A stretch of DNA of 64,000 bases. Source: a phage. Location: the sequence record PQ724392.1. The stretch is one strand, 5' to 3'. The position numbers and the translations under genes are program-made. The notes beneath the pieces are model-generated. The model searched no databases. It saw only the letters and a program-made list of their open reading frames with translations, and was not told the DNA's origin. This document shows, one piece after another, positions 58,501 to 64,000 of this stretch; position 1 is the first letter of the stretch; every line of letters begins with the position of its first letter.

Positions 58501-58806
58501 TTAGATTTTGTTTTCCTGCACACCATAATAAAGTTCATCAGACACAATATCCAGGATGCGGCGAACATATTCATCATGGTATTGGCAGTCAAAATCAAAT
58601 GCAACAGTAGTTTCCGCTTCACGAGTGAATTTAACTTGCACATTCAGGTGATTAACAACGTTAGTTAATTTATCAGTAAAGAACTCTTTTGCTACCGCCT
58701 GTTGGACTTGCACTTTAAACTTGGTGTTACGAATCATATTTTCAGCAGATGCGAAATTACCAGTTTTATCAAAGTCAACAAGCGCCAGGTTGATGATGAA
58801 TTTCAT
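58501..58806 (-). CDS. hypothetical protein
   Basis: 101-aa ORF downstream of promoter cassette. Confidence 0.4.
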   Translation of the reverse strand: MKFIINLALVDFDKTGNFASAENMIRNTKFKVQVQQAVAKEFFTDKLTNVVNHLNVQVKFTREAETTVAFDFDCQYHDEYVRRILDIVSDELYYGVQENKI

Positions 58807-58885
58807 TTTATTCTCCAGTGTTTTATTTGGTAACTCAGTATGGAATCATTATGCCTTAAAGCAGGGGGCTTGTATACCCCCTTTT
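58807..58885 (-). promoter_or_regulatory. stem-loop + early promoter cassette (PeSL-like)
   Basis: GGGGGTATACAAGCCCCC hairpin containing -35 GTATAC, N18, CATAAT, leader GATTCCATACTGAGTTACCAAATAAAACACTGGAGAATAAA. Confidence 0.5.
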
Positions 58886-58889
58886 TGAA

Positions 58890-59333
58890 TTAAATTTCAA
58901 ATTCTTTGCGGAAGTTGGAAGCATAAGACTGAACTGATGCTTTGTTGAATCCAAACTCACGCACAATCATATCAATAACAGCTCTGCGAGCAGCACCATT
59001 AGACATATTAACAGTTTTGAACATATCATAGCATAAATCTTTGTTGCTCATACCGGAGCGTTTAGGTGCCTTACGTTCAGCTTTTGGTTCAGCTTTAGGA
59101 GTAGGTTTAACTTCTGGTTTAACCTGTCCATCATTCAGACCTTTAAAAATTTTACCTGCCAGAGTTGCCAGTTTAGCAGCTTCGCCACGAGTGATACCAA
59201 ATACTGCCGGGTTAAATGAAATACCTTCAGCTGCCAGACGTTTGAAGAACATACGTGCTGCGGATTGTGCTTCAGCTTCAGAAGAGTTGTTTAATGCCAG
59301 CTTAACGTACTTAACCAGTTTTGAAGTTTTCAT
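58890..59333 (-). CDS. hypothetical protein, paralog of 59415..59840
   Basis: 147 aa; shared C-terminal block GAARRA.ID..V ... VQSYASNFRK. Confidence 0.45.
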   Translation of the reverse strand: MKTSKLVKYVKLALNNSSEAEAQSAARMFFKRLAAEGISFNPAVFGITRGEAAKLATLAGKIFKGLNDGQVKPEVKPTPKAEPKAERKAPKRSGMSNKDLCYDMFKTVNMSNGAARRAVIDMIVREFGFNKASVQSYASNFRKEFEI

Positions 59334-59403
59334 TTTATTCTCCAGTGTTTATTTGGTAACTCAGTATGGGATAATTATACACTATCCCACCTGGAAGTAA
59401 AAC
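59334..59403 (-). promoter_or_regulatory. early promoter cassette (-35 GTTTTAC, -10 TATAAT, long conserved leader)
   Basis: GTTTTAC-N17-TATAAT then TATCCCATACTGAGTTACCAAATAAACACTGGAGAATAAA. Confidence 0.5.
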
Positions 59404-59414
59404 ACTTTTCTCAA

Positions 59415-59840
59415 TTATTTTTGAGCTTTGCGGAAGTTGGAAGCATATGACTGAACAACAGTCTTTTTGATATCATGGGTGTTAACCAGAACATCAATCA
59501 GGGCGCGTCGAGCTGCACCATCTGCCATATCAATTTCTGCAAATGCCTGGAAGCAAATGTCACGAGCATTACCAGATTTAGACTGGATTTTTTCTTCTTT
59601 AACTTCTTCAATTGGGAATTCAATCATTTCAGCTTGGATTAATTCAATGATAGATTCTTTTGACTGTTTGGTGTTTACCTTCAGTTCAGAATTAAGGGAC
59701 TTAGCGATGGCAACAATCTGGGTTGAAGTCAGATGAATAAGTGCATCTTCACGAATGCAGATTTCACATACTTCGTCGGCAACCATTTTGTTAGTGATGC
59801 GGGTAACAGAGAATGCAGAAGTCAGGGTCAGGAAGTTCAT
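59415..59840 (-). CDS. hypothetical protein, paralog of 58890..59333
   Basis: Start set at ATG 59840 (MNFLTLTS...) because promoter cassette lies inside the longer ORF-track frame. Confidence 0.45.
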   Translation of the reverse strand: MNFLTLTSAFSVTRITNKMVADEVCEICIREDALIHLTSTQIVAIAKSLNSELKVNTKQSKESIIELIQAEMIEFPIEEVKEEKIQSKSGNARDICFQAFAEIDMADGAARRALIDVLVNTHDIKKTVVQSYASNFRKAQK

Positions 59841-59925
59841 TTTATTTCTCCAAAGTTTTGTTTGATTCAGTGTGTAACTCAGTATGGAATCATTATGCAT
59901 CCAGTCAATTCGGATGTACACTACT
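59841..59925 (-). promoter_or_regulatory. early promoter cassette (-35 GTGTAC, -10 CATAAT, long conserved leader)
   Basis: GTGTAC-N18-CATAAT then GATTCCATACTGAGTTACACACTGAATCAAACAAAACTTTGGAGAAATAAA. Confidence 0.5.
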
Positions 59926-59981
59926 TTTTGAAGAAAATTTCAAATTTATTCGGGGTATAAAAAAGCCCGCAATGCGGGCTG

Positions 59982-60536
59982 TTAGTTCTTATAAAAGCGG
60001 AACGGATTTATATGAAAGGCGAGCATAGCCTTAGGGATTGGTCGGGACAGAAGACTCTTGAGCTTCCAGCCACAATAAACGCGCAGATAAAAGGTGATTC
60101 CACCGACCTTAAGATAAGGAACAGAAGCAAAAACACCCCAGGCATTATCCGTCCACATCCAGAGCCAGCCATGGTGAGCTTTGTCTGGGGAGCCGGATTC
60201 AACATCAGGATTACCTTTATAATGGAATTCTGAATTGCAATCACGACCAAGCTTGTGGTAAGCAAAATTGTATGCTTTATTTCGCCAGAGCCAGGCTACT
60301 CGTTGGAAGTAAACACCTAACGGCCATTTTCGGATTTTTGACCAACGTTCGACATGACCCCGGTCGCCATCAATCGGATTGTCATATGTCATCATCCAAT
60401 CAAATCCGAACGGAAGTTTACCAGTCTTTTTATTATGGAATGGAACTACAAATGGAGCCAGGATAACGGCCAGAATCATGGAGATAAAATCCAGCGGAAC
60501 TAACAGAATCCAACTCAAATATTTTAACAGTTTCAT
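59982..60536 (-). CDS. membrane protein
   Basis: Likely start MKLLKYLSWILLVPLD; N-terminal hydrophobic helices; TATAAATC late-like element upstream. Confidence 0.4.
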   Translation of the reverse strand: MKLLKYLSWILLVPLDFISMILAVILAPFVVPFHNKKTGKLPFGFDWMMTYDNPIDGDRGHVERWSKIRKWPLGVYFQRVAWLWRNKAYNFAYHKLGRDCNSEFHYKGNPDVESGSPDKAHHGWLWMWTDNAWGVFASVPYLKVGGITFYLRVYCGWKLKSLLSRPIPKAMLAFHINPFRFYKN

Positions 60537-60560
60537 ACGTTTCTCTTTAGTTGATTTATA

Positions 60561-60588
60561 AAAAAGCCCCAACCTTTCGGAAGGGGCT
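60561..60588 (-). terminator. stem-loop terminator
   Basis: AGCCCC-loop-GGGGCT followed by TTTTTT on gene-sense strand. Confidence 0.5.
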
Positions 60589-60625
60589 ATACCTTGTCGG
60601 GGTTCCACCTGCAAGGCAAGTGTTC

Positions 60626-61009
60626 TTATCCGCGAGCGAATGCCATTGCAGCGCGTTCGTTGGCACGGTCGGTGATGTTCAAGAATTTATCACGAGCGAT
60701 TTCGATTGGAGCGCCAACCCAGTCAGCAGCTCCATTACCCGGAGACTGTTTAGGGCGAACCATATAAGTTGAAACTTTGGAACCGGCTAGTTTGGCACCT
60801 GGCGCCGCGGCATTTTTAACGTCTTTAGCTTTGATGCCAAACCCAGTTACGATACCCCAAGAAACGCCATTAACTGGTTTCTTGAACATAACACGGTCAC
60901 CAATTGAAACACCGGCTTTTTCTGGAGCCACTAAAGAAAATTTACCAGCTTCAGTCAGTACAGATTCGGTGATGGTATTGCGATTTAAAAATTCTGCATA
61001 TGTAAGCAT
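60626..61009 (-). CDS. hypothetical protein with CTS-like N-terminus
   Basis: 127 aa starting MLTYAEFLNR; exact TATAAATA upstream. Confidence 0.45.
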   Translation of the reverse strand: MLTYAEFLNRNTITESVLTEAGKFSLVAPEKAGVSIGDRVMFKKPVNGVSWGIVTGFGIKAKDVKNAAAPGAKLAGSKVSTYMVRPKQSPGNGAADWVGAPIEIARDKFLNITDRANERAAMAFARG

Positions 61010-61030
61010 TTTGTTTTTCCATTATTAGGG

Positions 61031-61038
61031 TTGTTGTT
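61031..61038 (-). promoter_or_regulatory. late promoter -10 element TATAAATA
   Basis: Exact TATAAATA on gene-sense strand about 25 nt upstream of ATG 61009. Confidence 0.45.
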
Positions 61039-61049
61039 AATATTTATAT

Positions 61050-61240
61050 TCCATAGTACCGGATGCACCATCCGCTCGGATTTCTCATACTACCGGGCGC
61101 ACCGCCCGCTCTGGAAAAACTCCGTAAAAGGGTGCGCCGTTTCAGCTGTGGTAGTAAAGAACCAGAACACAGTAAAACTGTGGGAGGAACTATACTTCAG
61201 GGAACTTCAGTCCGACGACTTACCGGTAGCGACCCGGTTT
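61050..61240 (-). other. structured intergenic element with paired hairpin repeats
   Basis: Two ~24-nt direct repeats each folding into a short hairpin with CAC loop, plus downstream complement of the second; no ORF; adjacent to tRNAs. Strand not determined. Confidence 0.3.
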
Positions 61241-61241
61241 C

Positions 61242-61481
61242 TCATTCAATTGTAATAGCTAATTTGACTTTAACAACCTTATAATTGGAATCAAGGTCAT
61301 TGAATTCCATAAAATTTGTTGCTAATCTGCGAGTCGGGAAACTTAGATATTTATTATGCTCAGGTGGAGCAGTTAATGCAAACCATGGGACTTGTTTATC
61401 ATTTTCATCAAACTCATCAAAGCTATAAACCAGCTCGTTGTTGGTTATATCCATAACTGCATATGATTCACTAATAACCAT
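61242..61481 (-). CDS. hypothetical acidic protein
   Basis: Start moved to MVISESY; the ORF-track N-terminal extension is the reverse complement of tRNA-Arg. Confidence 0.4.
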   Translation of the reverse strand: MVISESYAVMDITNNELVYSFDEFDENDKQVPWFALTAPPEHNKYLSFPTRRLATNFMEFNDLDSNYKVVKVKLAITIE

Positions 61482-61486
61482 AATAT

Positions 61487-61563
61487 CCTCGGTAATTGGT
61501 CGGGGTGGTGGGATTCTAACCCACAACCTACGGTTTAGAAGACCGTTGCTCTATACAATTGAG
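61487..61563 (-). tRNA. tRNA-Arg (anticodon TCT), CCA encoded
   Basis: Folded by hand: acceptor CGGGGTG/CACCCCG, D-arm GCTC/GAGC, anticodon stem ACGGT/ACCGT with loop CTTCTAA, T-arm GTGGG/CCCAC, discriminator A + CCA. Confidence 0.8.
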
Positions 61564-61565
61564 CT

Positions 61566-61639
61566 ACACCCCGGGTGGCCCCATCCGGACTTGAACCGGA
61601 AACCTGCCAGTTATGAGCCGGATGCTCTAACCAATTGAG
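61566..61639 (-). tRNA. tRNA with anticodon CAT (Met or lysidine-type Ile)
   Basis: Folded by hand: acceptor GGCCCTG/TGGGGCC (two G-U), D-loop with GG, anticodon loop CTCATAA, T-arm TCCGG-TTCAAGT-CCGGA; 2-nt spacer to tRNA-Arg. Confidence 0.7.
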
Positions 61640-61654
61640 CTACAGGGCCTAAAA

Positions 61655-61930
61655 TTAAATTACAAATCCAGCGGGAGCATTATCATCTTTAACCATATGC
61701 TGAATTGTATGATAAGTCATTTCTTCTGGAGCAACCAGATAAGCCGCCGTATTAACCAACGGGATTAATTTGACTTTATTAAATGTTGGACAACCAATTG
61801 ACATAAAGGTTTCGCCTGTTGGATGCTGAATTTCGCCAAATTGGCACTCATACGAGATAGAGCAACGTTTGGTAGTGGTTGTCTTTGTTTTAGGGTCATA
61901 AAAAGCTAATTTTAATACTAACATAAACAC
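61655..61930 (-). CDS. hypothetical protein
   Basis: 91-aa ORF co-oriented. Confidence 0.35.
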   Translation of the reverse strand: MFMLVLKLAFYDPKTKTTTTKRCSISYECQFGEIQHPTGETFMSIGCPTFNKVKLIPLVNTAAYLVAPEEMTYHTIQHMVKDDNAPAGFVI

Positions 61931-62045
61931 CTCAAGTAAAATTAAGTAAAGTAAGTTTGATTAATAGCACATGCTATTATGAAAGGTTCTTTGAGGGAAG
62001 AACCTTTGGTAATAGAGGGTACTTATTAATAATAACACATTTTTA

Positions 62046-62528
62046 TTAAAGCATATCAAGCGCTTTAACAGATGGGATTCGGATTTCTTCTTCGATTATA
62101 TATAGCTTAACATAAGAAATTACACGCATGAAATCGCCATCATATTCGCAAGCCATACCAAGGAGCTCAGTAAGGGCTTCATTCAGGTAGTATTCTTCAT
62201 CATCGCCATTTAGCAATGCATCTAAATCTTCTACACCCAAAACCTTACTTAAAAATTCATGGGTTAACTGACCAGATTTTACGCCAGATTCAATGTGGGC
62301 AATAACCAAGTGTTTAACCACATCCCATTTTGAATTACCACATTTGTTGTGGTTGTTGCAATGCGAACCATGGAAAAGTTCCAGGATATATTTGTACTGT
62401 TGGATTTCTTGTTCTTCTACACCAAATACAGTCTGGGTTTTATAATTATCACCATCATTTTCCCAGGTTTCAATTTCAATCACATAACCTTTAGGGATGG
62501 TCTGACCAAATTTGATATTCATTCGCAT
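62046..62528 (-). CDS. hypothetical protein
   Basis: 160-aa ORF co-oriented. Confidence 0.4.
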   Translation of the reverse strand: MRMNIKFGQTIPKGYVIEIETWENDGDNYKTQTVFGVEEQEIQQYKYILELFHGSHCNNHNKCGNSKWDVVKHLVIAHIESGVKSGQLTHEFLSKVLGVEDLDALLNGDDEEYYLNEALTELLGMACEYDGDFMRVISYVKLYIIEEEIRIPSVKALDML

Positions 62529-62908
62529 GTGCCTTCATCAACAATAGTATGTGTATTGGCATTGACAATCTGCCACCAGTCAAAGCGATTGGAACCATAA
62601 CAAGGCTTATTCTCGTTTTCTTTAATGATAACACGCAGTTCATCTTCAGTCGCAGCCTTTGCGATTAAGTCAGCATAACCGCCACGAGGATAATAGCTAT
62701 CACCAGCAAAGAGCAAAAAGTTTGTTTTGATATTCTTGAATTCTTCAAGAGTAATAACTGTTCCACCCGGTTGAACAATATCTACATAACTATATCCTAA
62801 TTTCTGTGCTTCATTTACCGCTTCGAGCAGGGTGTCGTGTGCCCACCCAATTTGACAATCTGGTTTTTCAGATGGGTTTGCCTGATAATCCGCATACACT
62901 TTATACAT
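62519..62908 (-). CDS. hypothetical protein
   Basis: Likely start MYKVYADYQ. Confidence 0.4.
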   Translation of the reverse strand: MYKVYADYQANPSEKPDCQIGWAHDTLLEAVNEAQKLGYSYVDIVQPGGTVITLEEFKNIKTNFLLFAGDSYYPRGGYADLIAKAATEDELRVIIKENENKPCYGSNRFDWWQIVNANTHTIVDEGTCE

Positions 62909-62909
62909 T

Positions 62910-63095
62910 TTACTCACCTTTGGAGATTTTATCCATAACGAAAGAGATTGAACCAATTAAAAATGCAACTACTAAAGAGATTATATTCTCAGAAGTTGAA
63001 AGCATATTCAACATAAAGCCAGCAAACATGCTAAAACCAAAAGCGGTAACAGCAACAAGGGCAGTAACATTTCTAATTAATTCGCAACGTTTCAT
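62910..63095 (-). CDS. small membrane protein
   Basis: 61 aa, hydrophobic; directly downstream of promoter cassette. Confidence 0.4.
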   Translation of the reverse strand: MKRCELIRNVTALVAVTAFGFSMFAGFMLNMLSTSENIISLVVAFLIGSISFVMDKISKGE

Positions 63096-63154
63096 TTTAT
63101 TCTCCTCAGTAGTTGATGGGATAATTATAATGCAGTTATCCCATCGCGTATACT
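63096..63154 (-). promoter_or_regulatory. early promoter cassette (-35 GTATAC, -10 TATAAT, conserved leader)
   Basis: GTATAC-N18-TATAAT then TATCCCATCAACTACTGAGGAGAATAAA. Confidence 0.5.
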
Positions 63155-63397
63155 TTATTTTAAGTCTTCCAGACGTTTTTTCATCTTGGTGCCGTTCTTA
63201 GCAATCTCGCCTGCATCGGAACAAAGAGCAAGGAGAGCTTTAACTTTACCCTGGTCGCCTTTAAAAGATGATGCATCTACTGAATCAGCAAGTTCTTTGA
63301 TACGTGCAAACAGGCGCTCTGCTTCAGCAAGGGCTTGACCAAGTTTAACTTCCATACCATGAGAAGATTCTGTTATAAATGTTTGATAAGTTTTCAT
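63155..63397 (-). CDS. internal-protein-like gene with capsid targeting sequence
   Basis: 80 aa starting MKTYQTFITES. Confidence 0.5.
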   Translation of the reverse strand: MKTYQTFITESSHGMEVKLGQALAEAERLFARIKELADSVDASSFKGDQGKVKALLALCSDAGEIAKNGTKMKKRLEDLK

Positions 63398-63413
63398 GTT
63401 GTCTCCAAGCCAT

Positions 63414-63436
63414 AAAAAGGGGATAATTATCCCCTT
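63414..63436 (-). terminator. palindromic stem-loop terminator
   Basis: GGGGATAATTATCCCC followed by TTTTT on gene-sense strand. Confidence 0.5.
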
Positions 63437-63442
63437 GTATTA

Positions 63443-63742
63443 TTACATCTTACTACCACGGATTACACCATAAGCGGCGAAGTCGTCAGTGATATTTTTA
63501 GGGGTGTTCTTACCAGTTTCAATGAAGGCAATGCTTGATTTCTGACTAAAAGAGGTAATTTTGTTATAGTTAGAGTCAAGGAAGGTATAACCATTTTTAC
63601 GCAACTGGTCAAAGTCTTCAGCGTCGCCTTTACCTTTGAAGTCAACCCATTTGTAGGTGTTTTTCTTCTGAAGGCCAAGAGGCCAGGTTTTTGCTTCCGC
63701 CAGGTAATTGTTTTCTACCAAAAATTCATGAAAAGTTTGCAT
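63443..63742 (-). CDS. internal-protein-like gene with capsid targeting sequence
   Basis: 99 aa starting MQTFHEFLVEN. Confidence 0.45.
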   Translation of the reverse strand: MQTFHEFLVENNYLAEAKTWPLGLQKKNTYKWVDFKGKGDAEDFDQLRKNGYTFLDSNYNKITSFSQKSSIAFIETGKNTPKNITDDFAAYGVIRGSKM

Positions 63743-63750
63743 TTGAAATC

Positions 63751-63948
63751 CTATTTAAGATAAATTGCATATTTTTTATAACCAGCTGTCTCATGACGGA
63801 GACCCTTGTCATTGGCAAAACGCTCAATGTTATTAATTTGGTTCTGGTCAAGTTCTGAAATGTCAAACGCGAAAAAGTTGCGTTTGTTGCCAATTGTTAT
63901 ATGGTCAGTTAAGTCAATGCTATACAGGTGATTGATATTGTCAATCAT
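63751..63948 (-). CDS. hypothetical protein
   Basis: 65-aa ORF co-oriented. Confidence 0.3.
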   Translation of the reverse strand: MIDNINHLYSIDLTDHITIGNKRNFFAFDISELDQNQINNIERFANDKGLRHETAGYKKYAIYLK

Positions 63949-64000
63949 AGCTTTGACTGCTTTACTAATTTTTACTTCTTCATTCAGTTGTGACTCGTTG

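Noticed and set aside
58860-58885. Hairpins such as GGGGGCTTGTATACCCCC read as plus-strand terminators
   Set aside because: The T-tract is on the plus strand, but no plus-strand genes are nearby; more consistent with the stem-loop half of minus-strand promoter cassettes
61242-61526. ORF-track N-terminal extension MWVRIPPPRPIT
   Set aside because: These codons are the reverse complement of tRNA-Arg; the real start is most likely the downstream Met at 61481

Overview
This 64-kb window is a segment of a T4-like (Tevenvirinae-type) myovirus genome, transcribed almost entirely from the minus strand. It covers the early/middle replication and recombination region in T4 gene order: dexA (partial) - dda - HNH endonuclease - two Mod-like ADP-ribosyltransferases - soc - 56 - 61 - sp/dmd-like small genes - 41 - 40 - uvsX - imm - 43 - regA - 62 - 44 - 45 - rpbA - 46 - 47 - 55 - nrdH - nrdG - nrdD - 49 - nrdC. 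A hyperplastic block of unknown genes follows (about 35-44 kb), then rI - tk - macro-domain protein - regB - vs - denV - internal-protein-like genes - e (lysozyme) - nudE, a second block of unknown small and membrane proteins (52-60 kb), and two tRNA genes. Intergenic regions carry many copies of a stem-loop plus early-promoter cassette, and a few MotA-type middle and TATAAATA late promoter candidates. There is no CRISPR array and no rRNA. The most unusual content is: a nucleotidyltransferase translationally coupled to a membrane protein, an antisense collagen-repeat gene, a macro-domain protein, a tandem array of small proteins ending in W-x-SSS-x-x-C, a PspA-like coiled-coil protein, several genes with capsid-targeting-sequence-like N-termini, and no gene 42 / beta-gt / alpha-gt at their usual T4 positions. 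All protein calls rest on motifs and remembered T4 sequences read by eye; no database search or structure prediction was run. The ORF track sometimes begins ORFs at non-ATG codons, so several starts were moved to the first plausible ATG.
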